Shown here: positions 20,725-31,436 of the stretch, in pieces
Numbering within the stretch: position 1 is the stretch's first letter
Layout of the letters: each line of letters starts with the position of its first letter
Source: an uncultured Gemmatimonadales bacterium
Lineage (GTDB): Bacteria > Gemmatimonadota > Gemmatimonadetes > Longimicrobiales > RSA9
Assembly (NCBI GenBank): GCA_963708135.1
Contig: OY970192.1
Span: 768,001 to 832,000, forward strand
Direction of reading: 5' to 3'
Length of the DNA: 64,000 bases
Notes under the pieces: model-generated
The model's database searches: none
What the model saw: the letters and a program-made list of their open reading frames with translations, nothing else
What the model was told of the DNA's origin: nothing
Program-made: the position numbers and the translations under genes

Positions 20725-21809
20725 TGGGAGCCCGACGGGGAGAGTGGGAGAGTGGGGGAGTGGGGGAGTGGGAGTCGCGCGCGGCAGGGCGGGCTTCCGG
20801 AGAATCGCCGCTTCCCTCGCCGGCGCGGATGGCTCGCGGCTCCGGTGCCGGGTCGGCGGGCCCGGGCGCGGACGGCTCCGCCGGCGCGCGCACCGAGGGG
20901 CAGGTCTACCACGGCGCGTCGCTGCTCGCGCGCTACGCCTCGCTGGTCAAGCTGCCGCACACGCTCTTCGCGCTGCCGTTCGCGGGCGTGGGCGCGGTGC
21001 TCGCCTCCTACCGCCATCCGCAGGGGGCCACGCTCGGCGCGGCGCTCCTGATCGTGGTGGCGTTCACGGCGGCGCGCTTCGCGGCCATGGCGTTCAACCG
21101 CATCGTGGACCGCGAGATCGACGCGGAGAACCCGCGTACCCGCCTGCGCGAGATCCCGAGCGGGCGGCTGAGCGTGCCGCAGGCCTGGGCGGCGGTGGTG
21201 GCGACGTCGGCCCTCTTCATCCTCGCGGCGTTCGCGCTCAACCCGCTGTGCGGCTGGCTCTCGCCCGCGGCCCTCGCGTGGGTCTTCTTCTACTCGTACA
21301 CGAAGCGCTTCACGAGCTGGGCGCACAACGTGCTCGGCTTCGCGCTCGGCATCGCGCCCGTCGGCGCGTTCCTCGCCATCGCGGGGCACTGGAGCCGGCC
21401 GTGGTACGCGCTCCTCACGCTGGCAAGCGCCGTGATGTTCTGGGTGGCCGGCTTCGACATCATCTACTCGCTCCAGGATGTCGAATACGACCGCGCGAAG
21501 GGGCTCAAGTCCCTGCCGGCGACGAAGGGCGTCGCGAAGTCGCTCCTCCTGGCGCGCATCTTCCACGCGCACTCCTTCGTCTTCTTCCTCGTGCTCGGGC
21601 TGCTGCACCGCTTCCCCGTGCACTGGCTCTACCTCGTGGGTGTGGCGATCATGGGTGCGATCCTCGGCTACGAGCACTGGGTAGTGGCGCGGCAGGACCC
21701 GCAGCGGCTCGACCTGCCGACCATCGACCGCGCCTTCTTCCTGGCCAACGTCGGCGTGTCCACCACGCTGTTCGCCTTCACGCTGCTCGACCGGCTCTTC
21801 CTGGGATGA
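20724..21809 (+). CDS. ubiA: UbiA-family polyprenyltransferase (start may be further downstream)
   Basis: HTLFALPF, NRIVDREIDAENPRT, YSYTKRF, DIIYSLQD. Confidence 0.88.
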   Translation: MGARRGEWESGGVGEWESRAAGRASGESPLPSPARMARGSGAGSAGPGADGSAGARTEGQVYHGASLLARYASLVKLPHTLFALPFAGVGAVLASYRHPQGATLGAALLIVVAFTAARFAAMAFNRIVDREIDAENPRTRLREIPSGRLSVPQAWAAVVATSALFILAAFALNPLCGWLSPAALAWVFFYSYTKRFTSWAHNVLGFALGIAPVGAFLAIAGHWSRPWYALLTLASAVMFWVAGFDIIYSLQDVEYDRAKGLKSLPATKGVAKSLLLARIFHAHSFVFFLVLGLLHRFPVHWLYLVGVAIMGAILGYEHWVVARQDPQRLDLPTIDRAFFLANVGVSTTLFAFTLLDRLFLG

Positions 21810-21852
21810 CGGCGCGGCGCGGCACGCCAGCGGGAGCCGGCGGAGTCCTCCC

Positions 21853-22452
21853 ATGAGCGATGCCGGACTTCCCGTCACCCTCGCCATCACCGGCGCCTCC
21901 GGCGCGCCCTACGGCGTCCGGCTGCTCGCGGCGCTCTGCGCCACCGACATCGATGTCAGGCTGATCGTCTCCGAGACCGGCTGGCGGCTGCTCCGCGAGG
22001 AGCTGGACATCGACGGGCCGACCATGCTGCGGCAGCACACGGGCGACTGGGCGCGCGTCACGCTCTACCAGGACCGCGACCGCGGCGCCACGCCGGCGTC
22101 CGGCTCCGCGCCGTCGCGTGGCATGGCCATCTGCCCCTGCTCCATGGGCACGCTGGCCAGCATCGCGCAGGGCACCACGCGCTCGCTCGTCGAGCGCGCC
22201 GCCGATGTCGTGCTGAAGGAGCGCAGGCGCCTCGTGCTCGTGCCGCGCGAGACCCCCTATTCCGCGATCCACCTCGAGAACATGCTCCGCCTCACCCACG
22301 CCGGCGCCGTCATCCTGCCCGCTTCGCCCGGCTTCTACCACCGGCCGAAGCACATCGACGACCTCGTTGACTTCGTGGTGGGCCGCGTGCTCGCGCAGCT
22401 CGGCATCGCCTCCTCCCTCGGCCCGCGCTGGCAGAGTGGCGAGCCCGAGTGA
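21853..22452 (+). CDS. ubiX: flavin prenyltransferase
   Basis: ITGASGAPYG, CPCSMGTL, LVPRETP, PGFYH. Confidence 0.92.
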   Translation: MSDAGLPVTLAITGASGAPYGVRLLAALCATDIDVRLIVSETGWRLLREELDIDGPTMLRQHTGDWARVTLYQDRDRGATPASGSAPSRGMAICPCSMGTLASIAQGTTRSLVERAADVVLKERRRLVLVPRETPYSAIHLENMLRLTHAGAVILPASPGFYHRPKHIDDLVDFVVGRVLAQLGIASSLGPRWQSGEPE

Positions 22453-22555
22453 GGGCGGCGCCGAGCCGCGCCGCGCCGAGCCCGGCCGACCCCGCGGTGC
22501 GCCGGCCGGCGCGGGGGCCGGCGCGGCCCGCCGTGCGCCGAGCGGCGCCGGCCCC

Positions 22556-23023
22556 GTGCGCATTGGCCTGATCAGCGACACGCACGGGAAGCTGCGGCCG
22601 GCGGTCTTCGAACACTTCCGCGGCGTCGAGCGGATCCTTCACGCGGGCGATGTCGGCCCCTACGACCTCCTCGTCGAGCTCGAGGCGATCGCGCCGGTGA
22701 CGGCCGTCGTCGGCAACACCGACGGCTTCGAGCTGCGCGGGCGCCTGCCGGAGGTGGCGGAGCTCGAGGCGGCCGGCCGCCGCATCGTGGTCGTGCACGG
22801 CCACCTGCTCGGCTCGCCGACGCCTGCCCGCCTGCACGCGGCCTATCCCTCGGCCGACATCATCGTGTACGGCCACACCCATCGCCCCCTCGCAGAGCGC
22901 CTCGAGGGCACCCTCGTCGTGAACCCCGGCGGCGCCGGCGCGCCCCGCTTCTCCCTGCGCCCGAGCGTGGGACTGCTCACGCTGACCGAGGCCGGCATGG
23001 AGGTTCGGCTGATCGAGCTGTAG
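22556..23023 (+). CDS. metallophosphoesterase (YfcE-like)
   Basis: SDTHG, HAGD, GNTD, GHTH, NPG. Confidence 0.88.
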   Translation: MRIGLISDTHGKLRPAVFEHFRGVERILHAGDVGPYDLLVELEAIAPVTAVVGNTDGFELRGRLPEVAELEAAGRRIVVVHGHLLGSPTPARLHAAYPSADIIVYGHTHRPLAERLEGTLVVNPGGAGAPRFSLRPSVGLLTLTEAGMEVRLIEL

Positions 23024-23578
23024 GCGGCGGGTGCGGACGCCGCGCACCGGTCCCCTGCCGAGCTTCGACGTCCAGGTCACGGGCCGGTGTATGGCTCCGC
23101 GCGTGCGGCGCGCGAGCGCCCTCTCGTCGGTTTTTCCGCGCACCCCGGTGAGTTGGTGGGATGGCCGTGGCCGATCTGCGCTCCGCCGTCCGACACGCGG
23201 ACCTTTCTGCGCGTTCGTCGCCTCGCTGTCGGCGCTCTCGCACTTTCAGCCGCCCAGCGGACCAAAGTCACCGCACGTCGCCCCCGCCGCCGACCGCGAC
23301 GGGACTCTGGTCCGCATAGCGGCCATTTCCGCGGCTGCGACTCCGCGCCCTCGACGATCTGTGAGTTTGGTCCGCCCTGCCCCCGCGTCGGGCGGTGGGA
23401 GGGCCGCGTCGAACCGCGGTGCGCCGGACCGAATCGCCGGCCGGATCGAATCCGCGGTGCGCCGGCCGGACCGAATCCGCCGGCCGGGTCGAATCCGCGG
23501 TGGGCCGGTGCTCCGAGGCGGCGGCACGGATCTTCCCCGGACGAGCAGCGTGGCGGACACACAGCGCTCGAGGCGAAA

Positions 23579-23971
23579 ATGCAGTTCCTTTACAACGAGT
23601 TCACCTCCCTCACCTTCGGCCTGCTGGGCATCGTGCTGCTGGCGTGGCTCACGGCCAACGTGATCACGTTGAGCGAGCGCCGGCTGGTCGGCGCGGTGGC
23701 GCTCATTCTGGCGGGGATCTTCTTCGTGGCGCGGCCGGCGACGGCGCCCCTGCTGGTCGGGATCGGCGTCGTCCTGTGGGCGTTCGGGTTGGTGACCTTC
23801 GTGCGGACGGGACTCGCGTGGCGGCAGCGCGACGGGTCGCGCGCGGGGCCCGTCGCCATCCTGGTGCTGCTCCCGGCGGCGTTCTTCGGGGCAATGCTGC
23901 TCGGCGGCCTGCTGTTCAGCATGCTGGAGGCGCCGGCGCGGCTGGCGCTCCGGCTGGCCGGCGGAGGCTGA
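23579..23971 (+). CDS. hypothetical membrane protein
   Basis: About 4 TM segments. Confidence 0.6.
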   Translation: MQFLYNEFTSLTFGLLGIVLLAWLTANVITLSERRLVGAVALILAGIFFVARPATAPLLVGIGVVLWAFGLVTFVRTGLAWRQRDGSRAGPVAILVLLPAAFFGAMLLGGLLFSMLEAPARLALRLAGGG

Positions 23972-24051
23972 AGGCGGATCCGCGCCCGATCCACTCGCCC
24001 GGAGCCGGCGCGGGCGCGCAAGGGGAGGGTGCAATGCGGCCGCGCCGGCCG

Positions 24052-25281
24052 TCACGATCCGGTCAGGAACGCCTCCGGCGGGGTCGTCCTCTCGAGCTCC
24101 TCCGGCCGCAGGTGGAACCAGCGCGCGACGAGCAGGATCTCCGCGATCTGCGCGGCGGGGACGCTGCCGGGGTGCGGCTCGCGCGCGGCGAAGATGCGGT
24201 GGGCGCGCGGCGCGAGCGCGCGGCGCTCGGCGGGCGTGCGGGGCGCTCGGACCTCGGCGCGGATGCTGCCGCCGCGGATGAGGTAGAGCCGGTCGTCGCC
24301 CTGGTGGCCGGCCACACGATAGGCGAAGGACAGCCGCTCGAGGGTGGCGCGCAGCGCCACCAGCTCGTCACGCACGGCCTCGAGGCGGAGCGCGCGGTCG
24401 CGCAGCTCGGCGGCGTACTCGAACTGTAGCCGGCGCGCGGCGGCCTCCATGCGCTGCTGCAGGATGGCGAGCGGCCGGTCGGCGTCACCCTCGAGGAAGC
24501 GGCGGGCGGAGGCGACAGCGGCGGTGTACTCGGCCGACGTGCACCGGCCGGCGCACGGCGCCAGGCAGCGGCCGACGTCGCCACGCATGCAGCGCGGGGC
24601 GAGCTCGTGGCGGAACAGCTCCATCTGGTCCGCGAAGCGGAGCGGTGTCGAGGGCGGACAATCGCGCAGCTCGAGCACATCGCGCAGCTCGCGGAGCGCC
24701 GCGCGCAGCCGTTTCCGCCCGGCAAACGGGCCGAAGTAGAGGGCGCGGTCCTCGCGGGCCTCGTTCACCACCACCAGCCGCGGCGCCGGCCCGGGCACGA
24801 GCTTGATGAAGCACACCGCGCCGCGACCGCGATGCTGCACGTTGAAGAGCGGCCGCCAGCGCTTGATCAGCCGGAGCTCCAGCAGCAGCGAGGCGAACTC
24901 GCTCGGGACGTACTCCCACTCGATCCGGTGCGCGTGGCCGATGATCTCGCGCGCCTTCTCGCCGCGGTCGGCGCGGAAGTAGGAGAGCAGCCGCGTCCGC
25001 ACCTTCACCGACTTGCCCACGTAGAGCAGCTCGCCCGAAGGACCGTGCATCCGGTAGACGCCCGGCCGGTTCTCCGCGTGCGCGCGCACGTGCTCGCGGA
25101 GCTCCGCCGCCGTGGGCTGGCGCGGTGGCCGCAGCCCGGGCGGGCGGGAAAGGGTGCGCGCAGGCGGCGCCGGACGGGCGGAGGCCGGCACCCGCGACGC
25201 CCGGCGGCTCGTGGCGGCCGGGCGCGCGCGTGGCGCCGGACGGGCGGAGGCGGCGGCGTCGCCGGAGGTCAGCGTTGGCAT
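24052..25281 (-). CDS. UvrC/Cho-like GIY-YIG nuclease with UVR domain
   Basis: PGVYRM..LYVGKS, CLAPCAG, MEAAARRLQFEYAAELRD. Confidence 0.82.
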   Translation of the reverse strand: MPTLTSGDAAASARPAPRARPAATSRRASRVPASARPAPPARTLSRPPGLRPPRQPTAAELREHVRAHAENRPGVYRMHGPSGELLYVGKSVKVRTRLLSYFRADRGEKAREIIGHAHRIEWEYVPSEFASLLLELRLIKRWRPLFNVQHRGRGAVCFIKLVPGPAPRLVVVNEAREDRALYFGPFAGRKRLRAALRELRDVLELRDCPPSTPLRFADQMELFRHELAPRCMRGDVGRCLAPCAGRCTSAEYTAAVASARRFLEGDADRPLAILQQRMEAAARRLQFEYAAELRDRALRLEAVRDELVALRATLERLSFAYRVAGHQGDDRLYLIRGGSIRAEVRAPRTPAERRALAPRAHRIFAAREPHPGSVPAAQIAEILLVARWFHLRPEELERTTPPEAFLTGS

Positions 25282-26090
25282 CTCGGGCAGTAGAAGGCGG
25301 AGCGGTTCGTCAGCACGACGCGCTTCACGGGCGTGCCGCACGCGGGGCAGGGCAGGCCGTCGCGGCCGTAGACGCGCAGCCGCGGCAGGTACTCGCCCGC
25401 CTCGCCGCTGGCGTCGCGGTAGAGGCTGAAGGTGGTGCCGCGGGCCTGGATGGCGGCCTCGAGCACCTCGCGGAGGTTGTCGCGGAGCCGTGCGGCCTCG
25501 GCCCGCGTGAGGGTGCGCGCGCGGCGCGTGGGCCGGACCGCGGCGCCGAAAAGCGCCTCGTTGGCGTAGATGTTCCCCACGCCGGCCACCTTCGTCTGGT
25601 CGAGCAGGAAGTTCCGGATCGGCACCTTCGAGGCGCGCGTCATCCGGTGCAGCGCGGCGCCCGTGAAGTCGTCCGCGAGGGGCTCGTGGCCCAGTTCTGC
25701 GGTGCGGCGCGCCCAGGCCTCGGGCGTGAGGAAGCGCAGCCGGCCGAAACGGCGCGCGTCGTCGTACAGCAGCCGGCGGCCGTCATCCAGGTCGAAGGCG
25801 ACGGCGACGTGCCCGAGCTCCGCCGCGCGCGGAGAGTCCCCGACCACGAGCCGGCCGCTCATCCCGAGGTTCACCATCAGGCGCGCGCCATCCGCGAAGA
25901 CGAGGACCACGTTCTTGCCGCGGCGCTCGACGGCCGAGACCGTGCGGCCGGAGAGCGCATCCGCGAAGGCGGCGGCGGGCGGCTCGTCCAGCACGTCCTC
26001 GTGGCGGACCTCCGTGCCGGCGACGCGCGCACCGAGGATCCGGCCACGCAGGTCCCGCACAATGGTCTCGGCCTCAGGCAGCTCCGGCAC
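25269..26090 (-). CDS. mutM: formamidopyrimidine-DNA glycosylase
   Basis: N-terminal PELPE, RRGK, GVGNIYANE, C-terminal Zn finger. Confidence 0.93.
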   Translation of the reverse strand: MPELPEAETIVRDLRGRILGARVAGTEVRHEDVLDEPPAAAFADALSGRTVSAVERRGKNVVLVFADGARLMVNLGMSGRLVVGDSPRAAELGHVAVAFDLDDGRRLLYDDARRFGRLRFLTPEAWARRTAELGHEPLADDFTGAALHRMTRASKVPIRNFLLDQTKVAGVGNIYANEALFGAAVRPTRRARTLTRAEAARLRDNLREVLEAAIQARGTTFSLYRDASGEAGEYLPRLRVYGRDGLPCPACGTPVKRVVLTNRSAFYCPRCQR

Positions 26091-27363
26091 CGCGCGCGAG
26101 CTCCCGCCAGCCGATGTCACGCCGGAGCTGCCGGCCCTCGAAGGTGATCGCCTCCGCGCCGGCCCGGCTGCGCGCGGCCGCTTCCGCCATGGTGGGCGCG
26201 AGCGCCGTCACCGCGAGCACCCGCCCGCCCGCCGTCACGAGGCGGCCATCCTCCAGCTTCGTGCCCGCGTGGAAGACCAGCAGGTCCTGCGCGTCCGAGA
26301 CCTCGGGCGGAATGCGGATCTCGTCGCCCTTCCGCACCGGACCCGGATAGCCGGCCGCGGCGAGCACCGTGGTCAGCGCCGCACCCGGCCGCCAGGCGAG
26401 CGTGAGGCCCTCGATCGAGCCGCCCCGGCCGATGGCGTGGAGCGGCTCGAGAAGCGAGGAGTCGAGCATCGGCAGCACGACCTGCGTCTCCGGATCGCCG
26501 AAGCGCGCGTTGAACTCCACCACCTTCGGACCCGCCGGCGTGAGCATCAGGCCGGCGTAGAGGAGGCCGCGGAAGGGACGCTCGTCCTCGCGCAGCGCGG
26601 TCACCGTCGGCTGGAGGATGCGCTCGGCAATGTCCCGGATCAGCGCCGGGTCCACGGTACCGACCGGCGTGTAGGCGCCCATGCCGCCCGTGTTCGGCCC
26701 CGTGTCGCCCTCGCCGATGCGCTTGTGGTCCTGCGCCGGGAGCATCGGCACCACCCGCGTGCCGTCGGACAGGGCGAAGACCGAGATCTCCTCGCCCTCG
26801 AGGAAGTCCTCCACCACGATCTCCTCGCCCGCCGCGCCGAAAGAGCGGTCCTCGAGCATCGTCCGCGCGGCCGAGAGCGCCTCCTCCGTCGTGCGGCAGA
26901 CGACGGCCCCCTTGCCGGCCGCCAGTCCCGACGCCTTCACCACCAGCGGCGCCGGCCGTTCCGCGATGTACCTCGCGGCCGCCGCGAGCTCCGTGAACGT
27001 GGCGAACCCCGCCGTGGGCACCTCCGCGTCCCGCATGAGCCGCTTGGCGTAGGACTTCGACGACTCGATCTCCGTGGCCGCCTTGCTCGGCCCGAAGATC
27101 GCCAGCCCGTAGCGAAGGAACGTGTCCACGATCCCCTCCGCCAGCGGCCCCTCCGGGCCGACCACGGTCAGGTCGATCGAGTTCCCCTGCGCCCACGCCC
27201 CCAGCGCGGGCGCGTCGGCCGGGTCGAGCGGAAGGTGGCGCGCGAGCGACTCCGTGCCGCCGTTGCCGCGCGTGATGAACAGCTCCGCGTCCGGCGCGTC
27301 GCGCCGGAGCTTCCACAGGAGCGCGTGCTCCCTGCCGCCGTTGCCGACGATGAGGATCCGCAT
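26074..27363 (-). CDS. purD: phosphoribosylamine-glycine ligase
   Basis: GNGGREHAL, GLAAGKG, QDHKRIGEGDTGPNTGGMGAY, EFNARFGDPE. Confidence 0.95.
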   Translation of the reverse strand: MRILIVGNGGREHALLWKLRRDAPDAELFITRGNGGTESLARHLPLDPADAPALGAWAQGNSIDLTVVGPEGPLAEGIVDTFLRYGLAIFGPSKAATEIESSKSYAKRLMRDAEVPTAGFATFTELAAAARYIAERPAPLVVKASGLAAGKGAVVCRTTEEALSAARTMLEDRSFGAAGEEIVVEDFLEGEEISVFALSDGTRVVPMLPAQDHKRIGEGDTGPNTGGMGAYTPVGTVDPALIRDIAERILQPTVTALREDERPFRGLLYAGLMLTPAGPKVVEFNARFGDPETQVVLPMLDSSLLEPLHAIGRGGSIEGLTLAWRPGAALTTVLAAAGYPGPVRKGDEIRIPPEVSDAQDLLVFHAGTKLEDGRLVTAGGRVLAVTALAPTMAEAAARSRAGAEAITFEGRQLRRDIGWRELARGAGAA

Positions 27364-27535
27364 GTCGGGCTTCGTGTCGGGGGTCAGCTGCCTGAGGCGG
27401 CGGGGGCTGCGGCCCCGCCGCACCTGCGTCGGAGCAAGATAGCCGGGCGGCGTGGTTTCGGCAAACGTTCGGGTGGGAAGGCCGGCAGGCACGCCGCGAG
27501 AGCGCCAGGCCGGCGCTCCCGCGGTGCGGCGGACC

Positions 27536-29206
27536 TCACTTCCTCGTCGTGATCTCGATCACGCCGTTGGCGGCGGCGGGGTCGGGGAAGAGCTTCATGG
27601 CGCGCTCGCCCTTGAGCACTTCGACCGAGGCGATCCTGGAGGGGTCCAGCGAGTGGAGGGCGCTCGGCTCCGCGCGCCTGCCATCGATCACGAGGAGCCC
27701 GGTGAAGCCGTGCGAGTCCAGCGACGAGACCCTGCCGCGGGTCGCGGTGCGGCCGGGCTCATCCGCGATCCCTTCCGCGCGCAGCGTGAGCTGCTTCCCG
27801 ACCGAGACCGCGCCGTTCTCCGGCACCGTCACGATCCGGATCTCGGTCGGGCCCGCGGCGGCCGGCGGTGCGCCGTCCCTGCGCCGGAGAACGCCGGCGC
27901 TCGCTTCTCGTTCGCCCGCGCCCACGGCACGGAGCTCCGCGGTCAACTTCCTCTCCCGCTCAGCCGACTCGGCGGGATCTCCAGTGGCGGTCCCCATTTC
28001 GCGCAATGTTCCAGTGGCCGCGGCGGACCGGGCGACGACGGCGCGCTCGGCGACCGCAGGGCGCAGGTTCCGCACCTCGACGGACGCGATCCGGCTCGCC
28101 GGAAGCGCGTGGGCCTCCGCCGCCGTCACGCGGTGGCCGTCAACGTAGTAGACCGGCGCGACGGTGGGCTGGGGCGCCCCCGCCTGGCGGGCGGCGAGCG
28201 TCGCGATCCGATCCGCGTGCGCGGCATCCAGGTCCTGGATCTCGGTGTCCGTCGGGAGCCGGGTCTCGCAGGCGACGACCACCGCGGCGGCGCCGAGCGT
28301 CGCCAGGAAGGCCACGCGGACGCGGCGGAACGGGCGGAAGGAGCGAAGCGGGGTCATGGCGACGAGCCTCCGTTCGAGTTGAGAGCCTCTGCCGGCCAGG
28401 GCGAGCGCCCCGGCCGCCAGGCCGGGGCCGCGCCCCGCCAGGGCGATGAGCATGGAGCCGTAGGAGCGGGCATCGACGCCGCGCGCGAGGACGCGCCGGT
28501 CGCAGTCGAGCTCGACGGCCACCCGCAGGCGCGCGAGCATCCACCACGTCGCCGGATGCCACGGCACGAGCGCGGCGGACGCGCACCCCGCGGCCAGCAG
28601 CCAGTGGTCGCGCGCGCGCAGGTGCTCGCGCTCGTGCGCCAGGGCGAGGCGCTGCTCTTCGGCGTCGCGCTCGAGCAGCCAGCGCGGCACGACGATCTCC
28701 GCGCGCCGAAGCCCCACCACCGCCGGGCCGCCGTCCGGCGCCACCCGCACGCCCGTCCCCGCCACCTCGCCGCCGGGCCAGCGCAGCCGCGCGAGCCGCA
28801 TGCGGCGGTACGCGAGCGTGAACGCCAGCAGCGTCGCCAGGGTGAGCGCGAGCCAGGCGACGCCGAGCCCCCGCGCGATCCCCGGTGGCACCGCACGCGC
28901 CGCGCGGCCGATCACGCGCGCGATCGCCGCCGACGCGCTCTCCCGCGAGCGTTCGGCCCCCGCAGAGGCGGAGGACGCCGGGGACGCGACGGGAAGCGTC
29001 GCCTGAAAGGCCGGCGCGGCCGGCGCCCGGCCGACGATCTCGCGCACGGGAGCGGCCGCCGCCAGCGCGACGCAGCCCAGCAGCGCCGCCGCCCACGCCC
29101 ACCGGGATGGCCGGTCCAGCGCGCGCAGCACGCGGTCCGCGCTCGCCGCCGCGACCGACAGGACGGCGCCGACCAGGAGCACGGACGCGATCCACGCGGC
29201 GATCAT
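27536..29206 (-). CDS. M56 (BlaR1-like) peptidase with TonB-plug-like C-terminal repeats
   Basis: HEREH, ELDCDRRVL, YYVDG/IASVEVLKG. Confidence 0.85.
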   Translation of the reverse strand: MIAAWIASVLLVGAVLSVAAASADRVLRALDRPSRWAWAAALLGCVALAAAAPVREIVGRAPAAPAFQATLPVASPASSASAGAERSRESASAAIARVIGRAARAVPPGIARGLGVAWLALTLATLLAFTLAYRRMRLARLRWPGGEVAGTGVRVAPDGGPAVVGLRRAEIVVPRWLLERDAEEQRLALAHEREHLRARDHWLLAAGCASAALVPWHPATWWMLARLRVAVELDCDRRVLARGVDARSYGSMLIALAGRGPGLAAGALALAGRGSQLERRLVAMTPLRSFRPFRRVRVAFLATLGAAAVVVACETRLPTDTEIQDLDAAHADRIATLAARQAGAPQPTVAPVYYVDGHRVTAAEAHALPASRIASVEVRNLRPAVAERAVVARSAAATGTLREMGTATGDPAESAERERKLTAELRAVGAGEREASAGVLRRRDGAPPAAAGPTEIRIVTVPENGAVSVGKQLTLRAEGIADEPGRTATRGRVSSLDSHGFTGLLVIDGRRAEPSALHSLDPSRIASVEVLKGERAMKLFPDPAAANGVIEITTRK

Positions 29207-29583
29207 TCGCCCCCCTCCAGCCGCTCCTCCAGCAGCCGGCGCATCCGCTCCAGCTCCTCGGGGGAGAGATCCCGGTCCGACACCAGCTGCGCGAAGAGCT
29301 TCTCCACCGAGCCCTGGAAGATCTGCTCGCGGATCCGCGCCAGCGCGCTCCGTCCCGCCCGCTCCGCCGGCACCGTCGGGTGGTAGCGGTACGCCCGCCC
29401 CTCCGACTCGTGCCGGACGTAGCCCTTGGCCTCCAGCGTCTGCAAGGCCGAGAGCACCGACGTGTAGGCGAGCTCGTCCTCGAGGGCATCACGCACGTCG
29501 CCCACCGTGGCCGAGCCCAGCCGCCAGAGCACGGCCATCACGGCCAGCTCGCGGGGAGGGAAGTAGATCTCGTCTTCGGGCAA
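29203..29583 (-). CDS. BlaI/MecI/CopY transcriptional regulator
   Basis: RELAVMAVLW, LAYTSVLS, KGYV; coupled to the M56 gene. Confidence 0.88.
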   Translation of the reverse strand: MPEDEIYFPPRELAVMAVLWRLGSATVGDVRDALEDELAYTSVLSALQTLEAKGYVRHESEGRAYRYHPTVPAERAGRSALARIREQIFQGSVEKLFAQLVSDRDLSPEELERMRRLLEERLEGGE

Positions 29584-29763
29584 GGCTCGGCTCCGGTGAG
29601 AGGGTGCTCGAACGGCATCACCGGTGGCGCATCGTCCGGTGAGGTTCGCCGTTGCTACGGAATCTCCCGTAGATTAATGCGGCGGTGGCGGGCTGTCAAC
29701 GGGTTTGTCAGTAGACGGGCAGGACAGCTCGTTGCGGGGGTGGAGCCCGGCGCCCGCGCGGGG

Positions 29764-29955
29764 CTAGGGGCCGGGACTCGGCGCGGGTTGGATGGGGCCG
29801 GGTTGGAGCTTCGCCCCGGGGCTCCCGGCGCGCAGCTGGGAATCGAACTCGGCCGTCGCGGCCAGGCGCTCGAGCGCTTCCGTGAGCTGGTGGACCTCGT
29901 CCTCCAGCGCGGCGATGCGCCCAAGTTGTATGGCGGTTTCGACATCCGTGACCAT
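29764..29955 (-). CDS. small hypothetical protein, partial paralog of 29964-30254
   Basis: Shares L.E..ERL....FD.QLR with its neighbour. Confidence 0.45.
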   Translation of the reverse strand: MVTDVETAIQLGRIAALEDEVHQLTEALERLAATAEFDSQLRAGSPGAKLQPGPIQPAPSPGP

Positions 29956-29963
29956 GAGCGGTC

Positions 29964-30254
29964 CTAGGAACCCGGGAGCTGCTGCTTCCTCGGAGCCGGC
30001 CCGCTCCGGAGCTGGGCGTCGAAGTTGACGGCGGCCTCGAGCCGCTCCACGGTTTCGCGCAGCTCGTTCACCTGCTCGACGATCATCGGGACGCGCGGGT
30101 CCTCGACCACCTGATGATCGCGGTCCATCGCGTCGCGCAAGCGGATGACGGAGTCAACGACCGGCTTCAGCGCGAAGCGGGCGGTGAGCCCCAGCATCGG
30201 GATGCCGATGACCGCAATGATGGCGACGATCGCGACGATATCATTACTCTGCAT
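29964..30254 (-). CDS. small membrane-anchored coiled-coil protein
   Basis: N-terminal TM; GGAGG RBS. Confidence 0.65.
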   Translation of the reverse strand: MQSNDIVAIVAIIAVIGIPMLGLTARFALKPVVDSVIRLRDAMDRDHQVVEDPRVPMIVEQVNELRETVERLEAAVNFDAQLRSGPAPRKQQLPGS

Positions 30255-30290
30255 CTCACGCCTCCGTACGCATGAGTCGGCGCCCGCCCG

Positions 30291-31265
30291 CTACGACTTC
30301 CTGAAGCCCTGAGCGAACGACTCCTTCATTTTCCGCGCGGCTTCGCCCAGCTGCTCGGTGAACTCGCGGGCGCCGTCGCGGTAGGCGCGGGCGGCCTCGG
30401 CGAGGTCCTCCTTGTAGGGGGGCTGCTCGTCGCCGCGGCGGGTGTACTCGCCGCGCAGGATGCGGTCGTAGCTGCCGTCCTCGATCCAGTCGCGCAGCTC
30501 GGCGGCGCGGAGCACGTGGAAGGGGTGGGTGGAGCCGAGCAGGTTGAGCACCTTGAACACGGAGTCGGCGACGTCGCCTGTCTGGCGATACTCATCGGCC
30601 TGGCGCAGGAACTCGTTGAGATCGGTCTCCTCCGGGGTGCCGCCGCCGGCGAGGGTGAGCATGCTGGAGAGGGCGGCCTGCGGGTTCTGGGCCGCCAGCA
30701 GCCCGGCGCGGTCGGAGGAGAGCTCGGCCTTGCGGGACCACTCGAGGAGCCCGACCAGCACGGCGCGGGCGGCGAGGCCGATGATCGGGAAGCCGAGCTG
30801 CGCGAGCTGGAGCAGCACCACGAGCATGGTGCGGTAGAGCACGTGGCCGGAGAGGATGTGGCCGAGCTCGTGGCCGAGGATGAAGGTCATCTCCTCGTCG
30901 TTGAGCAGCCGGAGCGCCCCGGAGTTGAGGACGATGAAGGGCTTGTCGAGGCCGTAGGCCCCCGCGTTGACGAGCGGCGTCTGCGAGAGGAAGAGCTCGT
31001 ACTCCTCCGGCGCGTCCATGGTCTCGAGCACCTCGCGGTAGCGGCGCCAGACCTCCGGGAACTGCTTCTCGCCGACACGCACGGCGTTGGCCTGAAACGC
31101 GAGGCGGATGGGCTTCTCGCCCAGCAGGCCGAAGATCTTGCGCAGCACCTCGTCGAAGGCGGGGATCTTCCGGAGCGCGGCAAGCGCCGCGCGGTCGGCC
31201 GGATGCTCCCAGGTGCGGGGGCTGATGTCGGTCAGGATGCGGCGGGCGCGGACGTCGTCGGCCAT
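30291..31265 (-). CDS. M48 family Zn metallopeptidase
   Basis: HELGH, AELSSDRAG, THP. Confidence 0.88.
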   Translation of the reverse strand: MADDVRARRILTDISPRTWEHPADRAALAALRKIPAFDEVLRKIFGLLGEKPIRLAFQANAVRVGEKQFPEVWRRYREVLETMDAPEEYELFLSQTPLVNAGAYGLDKPFIVLNSGALRLLNDEEMTFILGHELGHILSGHVLYRTMLVVLLQLAQLGFPIIGLAARAVLVGLLEWSRKAELSSDRAGLLAAQNPQAALSSMLTLAGGGTPEETDLNEFLRQADEYRQTGDVADSVFKVLNLLGSTHPFHVLRAAELRDWIEDGSYDRILRGEYTRRGDEQPPYKEDLAEAARAYRDGAREFTEQLGEAARKMKESFAQGFRKS

Positions 31266-31436
31266 GGGGGCGGCTCCGAGTGCGGGGTACTCCGGTTGCT
31301 CTCTGTCCTACGCCGTGCGGCGTGCGCGGGTTTCGCGGCGCCGCCGCAAGCGCAAGGCGCAAGGCGCAAGCGCAAGCGGTGGCCAGCATTCCCCTCGCTT
31401 GCGCTTGCCCTTGCCCTTGCTCTTGCGCCTGCCGGA

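Noticed and set aside
23405..23500. Short repeats GAATCCGC/GCCGGACCGAATC
   Set aside because: Degenerate intergenic repeats like others in this genome; no spacer structure.
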